Shown: positions 47,323 to 55,577 of the stretch, one piece after another
Layout of the letters: each line of letters opens with the position of its first letter
How positions within the stretch are numbered: position 1 is the first letter of the stretch
DNA from: an uncultured Thermococci archaeon
Lineage (GTDB): Archaea; CAYQAE01; CAYVLA01
Assembly (NCBI GenBank): GCA_964549615.1
Contig: CAZJVP010000048.1
Span: 4,896-68,895 of the forward strand
Direction: 5' to 3'
Length of the DNA: 64,000 nucleotides
The notes under the pieces: model-generated
What the model saw: the letters and a program-made list of their open reading frames with translations, nothing else
What the model was told of the DNA's origin: nothing
The model's database searches: none
Made by a program: the position numbers and the translations under genes

Positions 47323-47946
47323 TTGCGGAGAGAGAGGTCAATGGATCTCAATACTCTAACGAACTTCGTGCTCTTGATCTGTCTCGTTATCTTCATCGTC
47401 GTCCTCGCCTATCGGGCCTTGTCCGGTTTTGCCGCCAGGCCGCGATACCCAAGGGCCCAGCCGGCGACGGTTCGCTACATTGGAAGGGCGGCAGGGACGG
47501 AGCCGCAGGTTCTTGAGGAGCAAGTCGCCGAGAAGGAAGCTCTTGCTCCGGAGGAACCGCCGATGTCTGTGGAAGCCACGATTCCACAGGAGCCCACGCT
47601 GGTGCAGCGTCCGGTCGCCGCGCAACACGCGCCCGGGCCCCGAAGAGCCACAGTTTTTCCCTCCATACTCGCAACCGAGCTTCTGTCCCGCGCTGCTGAC
47701 GAAGACGCGGAGGAGATCCAAAGGATCGCCAAGGAGCTCGTTGACTACTGCGTGGTTCGCGGGAGCGCCGCCAACGTCAGGCCGGAGGTTCTCGAAAAGC
47801 TTGCGGTTCAGTTCGCAACCTTGGAGGTGGCCGTCAGGAAGGCATCCATCGGCGCGGACGGGGAGGCACGCCCAGTCCCGGATGACCTGCGGTCAGATCT
47901 TTTCCGTGAGGCGTTCCGGCTTTTGGCGTCGCAGGCCAAGCGCTGA
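47323..47946 (+). CDS. Hypothetical membrane-anchored protein
   Basis: TM FVLLICLVIFIVVLAY followed by an acidic/helical soluble region. First gene of a long co-directional series. Confidence 0.45.
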   Translation: MRRERSMDLNTLTNFVLLICLVIFIVVLAYRALSGFAARPRYPRAQPATVRYIGRAAGTEPQVLEEQVAEKEALAPEEPPMSVEATIPQEPTLVQRPVAAQHAPGPRRATVFPSILATELLSRAADEDAEEIQRIAKELVDYCVVRGSAANVRPEVLEKLAVQFATLEVAVRKASIGADGEARPVPDDLRSDLFREAFRLLASQAKR

Positions 47947-48061
47947 GGCGGACGAAGAACGCGATCGACCTTCGCTGGCTACGGGGGATTTCGATTCCCA
48001 TAACCGCAGAACAGTCGTTGACGAGAGCAAACCGTACCATGGGGCTATCAAGCTGCACATC

Positions 48062-48069
48062 ATTTTTAG
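48062..48069 (+). promoter_or_regulatory. TATA-like box for family A paralog 3
   Basis: ATTTTTAG, centred about 28 nt upstream of the GTG at 48093. Confidence 0.4.
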
Positions 48070-48092
48070 GTCAAGGCTGAGTTCCGGAGACC

Positions 48093-49394
48093 GTGGACGC
48101 CGAGACCCGGACCTGGGCCGGACAGATAGCCGTTTCCCTGCCTTGGCGAACCTGCGCACCTCTCTTCAAGCCTAGGCACGTGGCCGGGTTCCTTGTTATC
48201 TGGGTCTTGGTCGGAGTGTCCCCGGCCCGCAGCGCGCCCGCCGAGCGGATCAAGATCATACTCACCGGCAGGGCGTACGAGGGCTCCCTGATGAGGAACT
48301 GGTTCGTAAACGAACCCATGGCGGATCCCATCGCGATACCGACCCGCGATGTTCCGGGCGGGATTGAGGAGGGCAGGCGGTACGTCAGGATGTACTTCCC
48401 TCGAACCTACGAGCGGCTTGCGGAATGCGACTTCGTGATCTTCGAGGGAACCGAGATGGTGCACTTCTCGCACACGCAACAGAAGTGGCTACATGATGCC
48501 ATAAGGGACCATGGCATGGGTGGCCTGAACTCCAGGAGCGTGCTGAGCGCCGTTTACTATGGCCAGTGGATTGCATCCGTGACCCAGCTGGCCTTCCCCA
48601 ACGACGTTGACGCCGTCATCGCGGGTCCGGGGTGGAAGTTCGGCCAGACCATGGAGATAGTGCTGAACGATGACCCGAGCCTCAGGCCAGTCCTTCTCAT
48701 GTTCAAGGACAAACCCATCAAATGGAAGCTTACAAACTACGACGCGATGGTCGTCGTTCCGAGACCCGGTGCCACGATCTGGTCCTGGATCAAAGGACCG
48801 TTCCCGGAGCTTTCGATCCCATGGCCGGGGTACACGCCGCACTTGATCTCTTGGACGTATGGCAACGGAACGACCTGGACCTGCCATGACAGGACAGTCA
48901 ACTGGTGGCAGGACATTCGCGATGCAAATCCATACGGGCTGGACATGATAATGAACATGATCCTCTACAGCACCGGGAGGGATCTTCCCCAGGACATAGA
49001 CCTCATTCATTCGATTCGAAGGCGGTTCACCGAGTTTGGGACGAGGAAAACGCTCGTCATCTCGACGATCGAGCTCGGACAGAAATTCGGTGCAAGCATG
49101 ACGCGAGCGGAGGCGAGCTTAACGGAGCTGGAGAAGCTTTACCTCGCGGCCAGGGAGGCCTATGTGGAGCAGAGGGAGGTCGAGGCCTCCGATCTCGTTA
49201 ACCGGCTCATAGAGGGCTCAAGACATGCCAACGAGGTGGCCATGGAGGAACTCAACCGGGCCCTGCTGTGGATCCACGTCATCAACTGGCTCGTGGTGTG
49301 CGGCACGTTCATGGCCTCTGGGTTCGTGCTCTGGAGCCTGATGGTCAGAAAGAAGCTCTACAGGGAAGTGGCGTCGACGCGGCTGGGAGGCTAG
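48093..49394 (+). CDS. Uncharacterised secreted, tail-anchored protein, family A paralog 3
   Basis: Hydrophobic N-terminal segment VAGFLVIWVLVGVSPARSAPA. Blocks ERIKIILTG, VRMYFPRT, CDFVIFEG..HGMGGLN and STIELGQKFGAS, then a coiled coil and the C-terminal ALLWIHVINWLVVCGTFMASGFVLWSLMVRKKLYREVASTR. Confidence 0.8.
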   Translation: MDAETRTWAGQIAVSLPWRTCAPLFKPRHVAGFLVIWVLVGVSPARSAPAERIKIILTGRAYEGSLMRNWFVNEPMADPIAIPTRDVPGGIEEGRRYVRMYFPRTYERLAECDFVIFEGTEMVHFSHTQQKWLHDAIRDHGMGGLNSRSVLSAVYYGQWIASVTQLAFPNDVDAVIAGPGWKFGQTMEIVLNDDPSLRPVLLMFKDKPIKWKLTNYDAMVVVPRPGATIWSWIKGPFPELSIPWPGYTPHLISWTYGNGTTWTCHDRTVNWWQDIRDANPYGLDMIMNMILYSTGRDLPQDIDLIHSIRRRFTEFGTRKTLVISTIELGQKFGASMTRAEASLTELEKLYLAAREAYVEQREVEASDLVNRLIEGSRHANEVAMEELNRALLWIHVINWLVVCGTFMASGFVLWSLMVRKKLYREVASTRLGG

Positions 49395-49397
49395 GGG

Positions 49398-50177
49398 TTG
49401 GACAGGCAGCTCATCGGCGTGTTAGCGGTGTCTCTGGTGGCCGCGACATTGGTCACGCTCATTGCGGCGGCGGAGAAGGAAAGGATTCTGGTCTCGGGGG
49501 TTTTCTGCCCGGAGTACATGGCGCAGTCGAGCGCCGAGTACTGCTTCGGCGTAAGCTTCATCACGACTCGGAACCTTGCGGATGTTGAGGTCCGGGCTTG
49601 CACCCTTTCAGGCCTGACGCCGGAATCGTTTGGTCTGAAACCCGACGAGCAGGATCCCGAGCTCTACCCGCCTATCAGTATCCTCAGGGAGGAATCATCC
49701 CGGTTGGGCGTCGAGATCCAAGCTAGCCGGTTCGAGCTCAACGGTGACTCATCGTCGCAGCAGATCGTCTACTACGATTTTCTCCCGCTGTTGGAACGTC
49801 TCTTCATCGATCCGGCGCGCTTGCCGCTTGGTCGGATCACAACCTGCTATGGTTTCTTCCGCCGAGCGGGGAAGCTTGAGACTTGTTTCAAGGGTAGCGG
49901 TGAGATCTTTCCGGCTGAAAGCTCCTCGCTCAACAAGATCCTCGTAGAGGTGGACGGGCGCCCGCGGTACGGCTGGGAGAGAGGCACTGGCCCTGAGAGG
50001 CAGGCGCGAGGGATCAGAGTGGGAGAGGTTACCAAGGGCAGCCGAGTGGACGTCCTGTATTACATAGACGGACGGTGGGCGAGAGTGGGATCGCTACTTT
50101 GGAAGCTGGACGTGATTGCGGGAGGCGAGGTCCTCTACTCGAGGGTGCGTCTTATCAACGTGGCCGGCTCTGCCTAG
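49398..50177 (+). CDS. Uncharacterised N-terminally anchored membrane protein, family B paralog 2
   Basis: The TTG start lies 3 nt after the family A stop, with the SD GGGAGG inside the upstream gene. N-terminal TM as in 42386-43213. Confidence 0.65.
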   Translation: MDRQLIGVLAVSLVAATLVTLIAAAEKERILVSGVFCPEYMAQSSAEYCFGVSFITTRNLADVEVRACTLSGLTPESFGLKPDEQDPELYPPISILREESSRLGVEIQASRFELNGDSSSQQIVYYDFLPLLERLFIDPARLPLGRITTCYGFFRRAGKLETCFKGSGEIFPAESSSLNKILVEVDGRPRYGWERGTGPERQARGIRVGEVTKGSRVDVLYYIDGRWARVGSLLWKLDVIAGGEVLYSRVRLINVAGSA

Positions 50178-50582
50178 CCGCCGACGCGGTTTGGACAAGC
50201 GCTTGTCCTCTGCCTTGCGTCGAGCTGGGCGAAAAACCAGGCAAAATGCTTCTCTCGGCTCTGCCAGCCGTGTTAGGTAAAGGGACATATGTTACACTTT
50301 TCCGCCTCCCCGCTCCGGCGGCCTTCCACCGAGCGATCAAGTTTGGTATGCCCATCGATGCACAGGGCTCCGAACAAAATATTCGGGAGGCGGGTTGAGT
50401 CCTTTCTCTCCTCCGGGGAGGAAGAAACCTCAAGAAGTCAGTCCGCCCATTCGAGATATTCGGTCGCGGGCCGGAGCGCCATGACTCCCCATGACTCCTC
50501 GGACTGAGGCATGGAGAGTCCTCTGCAGAGTGTAACATATGTGGGTTTACCCAACACTCGGCTCTGCCTGCCAGCCGAAATG

Positions 50583-50590
50583 CTTTTAAG
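50583..50590 (+). promoter_or_regulatory. TATA-like box for the second FG-GAP gene
   Basis: CTTTTAAG lies about 35 nt upstream of the ATG at 50622. Confidence 0.4.
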
Positions 50591-50621
50591 TGCGCATACT
50601 CAGTGGATAGGCGGCGGTTCC

Positions 50622-52079
50622 ATGAGAGGTTCAACCAAGGGAATTGCCTTTGCAGCAGGACTTGCAGCGGTGCTGGCGATTCTTATGCCCTCAGCGTTGG
50701 CACTGCCAAAGATGAGGGTCAAATGGACGTTCAACGTCACGCCGATAGTCTCGACGGGCTTCGCATGGACGATCGTCTTGCAGGCAGACCTCGACGGAGA
50801 CGGAATGCTAGAGACGGTCCTAGGGACGGAGAAGGGCGGCAGAATGGTCGCGGTTGGTCCAACGGGAAAGCTGGTCTGGGTCTTCCCACCCCTGGACTCG
50901 GACATAGTTCCACAGCTCATAAACAAGGTGCCCTCGATCGATGACATCGATGGCGATGGCAAGCCGGAAGTACTCTTCGGCTGGGGTGCGGCCCCCAACG
51001 GCGCGGTGTACTGCATCAACTGGGACGGAAAGCTTAAGTGGGTGTGGACCGACCCTGAGGGGCAGGCGCATTTCAGGTACGGAGGAACGCTTGCCAGGGA
51101 CTTCGACGGCGACGGAAAGAAGGAGGTCGTGGCGGCCGGGAGCGATGCCAAAGTCTACATGTTTAGCCATACGGGCCAGCTCAAGTGGGTCAAGTTCCTT
51201 CCACCAGGGAGGGCCGTGGACAGCATGATCAATGCTTTCGACGTTGACCGTGACGGCGAGTTGGAGATCCTTGCGTTCTCGCGGTCCCTCGGGGAGGGCC
51301 CGGGAACGGAGGGCGGCTTGAACGGCGTCTTCTACTGCCTGAGCAAGGATGGTCAGGAGAAGTGGACCTGGAGTTCCCCGGGCTGGACCGACTGGCTCCA
51401 CAACATGCCCACGGTGGCGGACGTCAACGGCGACGGTGAGTATGAGATCGTTTTCGGTCTCTGGAGGCTCGACTCAGGCGACCGGGGCGGAATAGTCATA
51501 CTCAGCTTCTACGGAACGGAGATCGCAAGGAAACAGGTGGCCAGCGGCAACGTAGCGCACAATGCCATGTTGGCCGACATCGACGAGGATGGCAGGTTCG
51601 AAATACTCATCGGCATCAGAGCCGGGCTCTACTACTGCTTCCATCCCGACCTGAAGGAGAAGTGGGCCTTCAACATCACAAAGATCATCGGGCAGGTCGG
51701 CAGGCCTGTCAACATGGGTGGGGCCTTGGGCGATGTGACGGGCGACGGCAAGATAGACGTAGTCTTCCAGAGCTGGAACAACAACACGATCTTCGTCTTG
51801 GACAGGTTTGGAAACCTCGCCGCTGAGCCCTACAACCTCAAAGTCGACGCGACGGGCTCGGTTGCGATCGGAGACATCGATAAGGACGGCAAGTCGGAGA
51901 TCGTCGCATTCGCAGGACCAATCCTATACTGTCTGACCTTGGATGCGCCATACAATGCCAAGACATTCGTCTGGCCGATGTACGGCAAGGATGCTGCCAA
52001 CACCGGAGCAGTCCCCATACCAGAGGCGTTGATAGGGTTGCTAGCCCTGTTGGCCGTGCCGCTTCTGCGCAAGCGGTAG
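50622..52079 (+). CDS. Secreted FG-GAP/VCBS-repeat beta-propeller protein with C-terminal tripartite anchor/sorting-like signal
   Basis: Signal peptide MRGSTKGIAFAAGLAAVLAILMPSALA. Eight repeats (ADLDGDGMLETVL, DDIDGDGKPEVLF, RDFDGDGKKEVVA, FDVDRDGELEILA, ADVNGDGEYEIVF, ADIDEDGRFEILI, GDVTGDGKIDVVF, GDIDKDGKSEIVA). The protein ends ...GAVPIPEALIGLLALLAVPLLRKR. Confidence 0.85.
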   Translation: MRGSTKGIAFAAGLAAVLAILMPSALALPKMRVKWTFNVTPIVSTGFAWTIVLQADLDGDGMLETVLGTEKGGRMVAVGPTGKLVWVFPPLDSDIVPQLINKVPSIDDIDGDGKPEVLFGWGAAPNGAVYCINWDGKLKWVWTDPEGQAHFRYGGTLARDFDGDGKKEVVAAGSDAKVYMFSHTGQLKWVKFLPPGRAVDSMINAFDVDRDGELEILAFSRSLGEGPGTEGGLNGVFYCLSKDGQEKWTWSSPGWTDWLHNMPTVADVNGDGEYEIVFGLWRLDSGDRGGIVILSFYGTEIARKQVASGNVAHNAMLADIDEDGRFEILIGIRAGLYYCFHPDLKEKWAFNITKIIGQVGRPVNMGGALGDVTGDGKIDVVFQSWNNNTIFVLDRFGNLAAEPYNLKVDATGSVAIGDIDKDGKSEIVAFAGPILYCLTLDAPYNAKTFVWPMYGKDAANTGAVPIPEALIGLLALLAVPLLRKR

Positions 52080-52087
52080 GCCAACAC

Positions 52088-52100
52088 TTTTCTTTTTTCT
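52088..52100 (+). terminator. T-rich tract after the FG-GAP gene
   Basis: TTTTCTTTTTTCT starts 9 nt after the stop at 52079. Confidence 0.4.
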
Positions 52101-52124
52101 GAAGCCTTTCCAGGTGAGATGTGA

Positions 52125-53390
52125 ATGACGGAGTCAGGGCCCCACAAGAGCATCCTCATTCTTTGGGCGTTCACGTTGATTCTCAGCATCGCCGGCTGTT
52201 CCGGCGCTAAGGTCTTCACCCAGAGGAACGGGCTGGCGGGCCAGAAGGTAGCGGTCGTCGCGGGCAGCCCGGAGACGGTCTGGGTCTACAGTTACTATCA
52301 GATTCCGTCGGGAACAGGCTTCGAGGTCATAGGTGGCGTCAGCGAGTTCAAAGCATTGGGAAACTGGACGACGTACACGAAGGATGACGGCCTGGCAAGC
52401 GCAGTGGTCTACAGCATTGCCATAGATGGTAAGTCGGTCTGGTTTGGCACAGCAGACGGGGCGAGCCTGTTTGACAAGTCGAAGGGCACCTGGCGAACCT
52501 TCAAGACCGCGGATGGGCTGGTCTCAAACGACGTCTTGTCCATCGCAGCCGGGCCGGACAAGGTATGGCTCGGCACCAAACAAGGCGTGTCGGTATACGA
52601 AAAGGCCTCTGGCAAGTGGAGTTCGCTCACCGAGGAGGACGGGCTCATCTTCAGGTACGTCAGGGACATCGCTTTGGACGGCGACGTGGCGTACTTCGCG
52701 ACGAGCAAGGGCGTCAGTAGATTTGACTCGGCGACCGGCGAGTGGCAGTCGATAACGAAGGACAACGGCCTTAAAGACAACATGGTCAACTGCATCGTGG
52801 TTGGGTTCGATTCGATCTGGTTTGGAACGCCGGCAGGCGTCTGCCGTCTTGAGAAGGCGACGGGCAGCTGGACATACTACGGTGAGGGCGAGGGTCTGTC
52901 CCCAGAGGGAGTATCGGCAGCGGCAATCGGGAAGGATGCAGTCTGGTTCCTTACCGGGAAGGAGGTTGCGAGCTTTATGCCTGCCAAGCAGAAGTGGAGG
53001 ATCTATAGCGAGGGCCTATCGGAGACCCAGCTCAACGATATCGCTGTGGGAAAAGGGTATGTCTGGGTCGCGACAAACAACGGGTTGATCCGACTGGGCG
53101 GCGGCTTCTCTGCGTTGCACATAGTGATGCTAGCAGTAGTGGTCTGTGCCGCGATCGGATCCGTGTATGCCCTTCGCGGCCGTCGACGGGCCGGAGCCAA
53201 AGCGGAGGAACCGAGGAGGAAGGCACCCGAGCGTCCGCCGTACGCCGCGTGCGGGGGCCAGCCATCGGCGCAAAACTGCCCGCGCTGCAAGTACAACGTT
53301 CTCAGCGGCGGAAGCCTGTATTGCAGCAAGTACGGCAAGAAGGTTGACTACGGACGTCCAGGGAAAGGCCAGGAACCCGCCCCGCCGTAG
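52125..53390 (+). CDS. Two-component-regulator-propeller (Reg_prop)-repeat protein with TM helix and cytoplasmic zinc ribbon
   Basis: Repeats VWFGTADGASLFDKSKGTWRTF, VWLGTKQGVSVYEKASGKWSSL, AYFATSKGVSRFDSATGEWQSI, IWFGTPAGVCRLEKATGSWTYY and VWVATNNGLIRL. TM ALHIVMLAVVVCAAIGSVYAL and tail CPRCKYNVLSGGSLYCSKYG. Confidence 0.8.
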   Translation: MTESGPHKSILILWAFTLILSIAGCSGAKVFTQRNGLAGQKVAVVAGSPETVWVYSYYQIPSGTGFEVIGGVSEFKALGNWTTYTKDDGLASAVVYSIAIDGKSVWFGTADGASLFDKSKGTWRTFKTADGLVSNDVLSIAAGPDKVWLGTKQGVSVYEKASGKWSSLTEEDGLIFRYVRDIALDGDVAYFATSKGVSRFDSATGEWQSITKDNGLKDNMVNCIVVGFDSIWFGTPAGVCRLEKATGSWTYYGEGEGLSPEGVSAAAIGKDAVWFLTGKEVASFMPAKQKWRIYSEGLSETQLNDIAVGKGYVWVATNNGLIRLGGGFSALHIVMLAVVVCAAIGSVYALRGRRRAGAKAEEPRRKAPERPPYAACGGQPSAQNCPRCKYNVLSGGSLYCSKYGKKVDYGRPGKGQEPAPP

Positions 53391-53598
53391 GCATGGGCTG
53401 GCGTCATTGCGTTGCAGTTGGACAAGCTCGGCGATGCGACCGTAGGTACTTACCTTGGAAGTTGCCGGCTTAGTGATTGCGAAGCGATGACTGTTTTGCT
53501 CGTCTGGATTCCCAATTCCAAACGGGAGTCTGGCTGGCCTGACCCTTACGAGCATTCACGGGGGCGCAGCCGGGTGTGCGGTGTGCGGGGGCGGTTTC

Positions 53599-53607
53599 AT
53601 TTATTAA
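53599..53607 (+). promoter_or_regulatory. TATA box placing the transcript start near the ATG at 53629
   Basis: TTTATTAAA abuts the ORF-track ATG (53608). A start about 26 nt downstream coincides with the in-frame ATG at 53629, which opens a clean signal peptide. Confidence 0.45.
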
Positions 53608-53628
53608 ATGGATATACTATCCAAGATC

Positions 53629-54657
53629 ATGCACAAAACTATTCCCTCCTTGATTGCCTGCCTCGCGATCTGTCTTGCGTCAAGCTGCTGGGCCCAGACT
53701 TTCCCCATAGGTCCCGATGACCCGATCGTCGTCAAGGCGCTCGCCTACATTGCCGCCCACCAGAACCCCGATGGCGGTTTCGGCCAGATGGGCGAAAGCG
53801 ATCTTTCCACCACCAGCAGGGTCGTGGAGGCCCTGGCGGCTGCTGGTAAGGACCCCACGAGCTACGTGGTGAATGGGATGGGCCCCGACGACTATATGCT
53901 TTTGGTCTCCAAGTCCGTGTACGAGGGCACCCTAGGCACGAATCCGGTTGCGGACAAGATCAACATCCTTCTCGGCCTGGCCGCCTGCAAGTTGAACCCC
54001 CGCGATTTCGGTGGCAGGGACCACGTCCAGTCCCTTCTATCCATGCAGAATGAGTCAACCGGCGCCTTCGGCAGCGGCCCCATGGATACTGCATACGCAA
54101 TACTTGCATTGATGGCCTCCGGCGTGCCGGCAGACCACCCAGCCCTGCAGAAGGCACGATCCTACATCGAAGAAAGCCAACTGCCCGGCGGTGGGTTCGA
54201 GCTTTTCCCGGGGTGGGGCCCGGACTCCAACGTCATTTGCGTGGTCATCGTCTGCCTTAGGCAGATGGGCGTGCGAGGCGAGACCTTCCAGAAAGCCGTC
54301 TCGGCGCTCCCCGCCTTCCAGAGCCCGTCCAACCGTGGCTTCTTCTGGATGGACAGCCCGGACCCGTCCTCGACCGCGCTGGGCATACAGGCAATACTCG
54401 CGGCTGGCGGTGATCCTCGCCAACCGCCTTGGGGCGAGGGAGGAGAGAATCCGGTCAAGTATCTGCTCAGCACCTTCAACGCCACAACGGGCGAGTTCTT
54501 CGATCCATGGGGCAGCTTGAGGCCCACGGCCTTGGCGGTGCCGGCAATCCTAGGACGCCTCACGCCGGGCATCAATATTTCGGAGTCGGCGGTCCTCTGC
54601 TCGATTCCCGCCTTGTTAGCGGTGCTCCTCAGGTTCAACGGTGCAAATCGTGAATAG
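53629..54657 (+). CDS. Secreted prenyltransferase/squalene-oxidase-repeat-like alpha/alpha-toroid protein with C-terminal TM
   Basis: Signal peptide MHKTIPSLIACLAICLASSCWA. Toroid-type repeats YIAAHQNPDGGFG, LLSMQNESTGAFGS, YIEESQLPGGGFE, FQSPSNRGFFW and STFNATTGEFFD. C-terminal hydrophobic AVLCSIPALLAVLLRF. Alternative start at 53608. Confidence 0.75.
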   Translation: MHKTIPSLIACLAICLASSCWAQTFPIGPDDPIVVKALAYIAAHQNPDGGFGQMGESDLSTTSRVVEALAAAGKDPTSYVVNGMGPDDYMLLVSKSVYEGTLGTNPVADKINILLGLAACKLNPRDFGGRDHVQSLLSMQNESTGAFGSGPMDTAYAILALMASGVPADHPALQKARSYIEESQLPGGGFELFPGWGPDSNVICVVIVCLRQMGVRGETFQKAVSALPAFQSPSNRGFFWMDSPDPSSTALGIQAILAAGGDPRQPPWGEGGENPVKYLLSTFNATTGEFFDPWGSLRPTALAVPAILGRLTPGINISESAVLCSIPALLAVLLRFNGANRE

Positions 54658-55576
54658 GCTCACAGTGCTCTTGGCCGGGCTTGGCATTTTCGTCGCCGTC
54701 GGCCTCATCGTGCCGCACATCTCCAGCGGGCCGAAAGGCGATGGGAACGCGCCCGCCAATGTGACCGTGGTCATAACCCGCGACTACGGCAAGATCCTTC
54801 TCCAAATGGCGCAGTTCCCGCCGACTTCGGGTCTGACGGCGATGGAGATGCTCCACAACATGACGAGCGTCGAGACCAGGTACGGCGGCATGTACGTCTA
54901 CTCGATGTTTGGGCTGAAGTCCGACCTTGCCAAGAAGCTCGACTGGCTGTACTATGTCAACGGCGTCTATATGGACAGGGGGTTGGCAAGTTACAGGCCC
55001 CAGCAAGGCGAGGTCGTGCAGGTGGACTACCACTACTGGGGAAGCTACCCCCCGTCTCCAGGCTTCCTCAGCGGGTACCCAGCCAAGCTCGCCTACGGCC
55101 TTCATGGGAAGAAAAGCAACATCACCATCGTTGCGGGCAGGGAGGTTCGCAAGGAGGCGGAGGACCTCGCCCGCGTCATCACGCAGCTGGCCGGGCGTGA
55201 ACCGACGATCGTCGAAGCCTCCTCGTTGACTGAGGACCGGAGGGATGAAGACTTGATAGTGCTTGCGACCCCACAAACGGCTTCCCTCTATCAGGAAGTG
55301 GTCGAATGGAGGAAGAACGTCTATTGGTTCTCGAGCCTGGAAGACGGCAAGCTCTGGCTCAACGGCCTGGAGAGGGGGCACAGAACCGAGCTTGAGCACG
55401 GTTGCGCCATCCAGTGCATGGATTTCCCGGGCAAGGGCATCTGGGCCGTCATCGTGCTTGCGACCGACGAGCGTTGGATGGCGGAGGGGCTAAGGTATCT
55501 CAACGAGGGATCGGCTGGATACAGCGCCGCCTTTGCTGCAACCCCCTCCGGGATAGTATTGCTGCCGGTGGAATGA
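54641..55576 (+). CDS. DUF4430-like (transcobalamin beta-domain-like) membrane-anchored protein with extra C-terminal domain
   Basis: N-terminal TM LTVLLAGLGIFVAVGLIV, then VTVVITRDYG...TAMEMLHN...GGMYVYSMFGLKS...DWLYYVNGVYMDRGLASYRPQQGEVVQVDYHYW, which matches the DUF4430 pattern. Overlaps the upstream gene by 17 nt. Confidence 0.7.
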   Translation: MQIVNRLTVLLAGLGIFVAVGLIVPHISSGPKGDGNAPANVTVVITRDYGKILLQMAQFPPTSGLTAMEMLHNMTSVETRYGGMYVYSMFGLKSDLAKKLDWLYYVNGVYMDRGLASYRPQQGEVVQVDYHYWGSYPPSPGFLSGYPAKLAYGLHGKKSNITIVAGREVRKEAEDLARVITQLAGREPTIVEASSLTEDRRDEDLIVLATPQTASLYQEVVEWRKNVYWFSSLEDGKLWLNGLERGHRTELEHGCAIQCMDFPGKGIWAVIVLATDERWMAEGLRYLNEGSAGYSAAFAATPSGIVLLPVE

Positions 55577-55577
55577 G

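Noticed and set aside
54635-55399. 254-aa minus-strand ORF antisense to the DUF4430-like gene.
   Set aside because: Arg/Pro/His/Val-rich artefact. The plus strand carries the DUF4430 pattern and is translationally linked to its neighbours.
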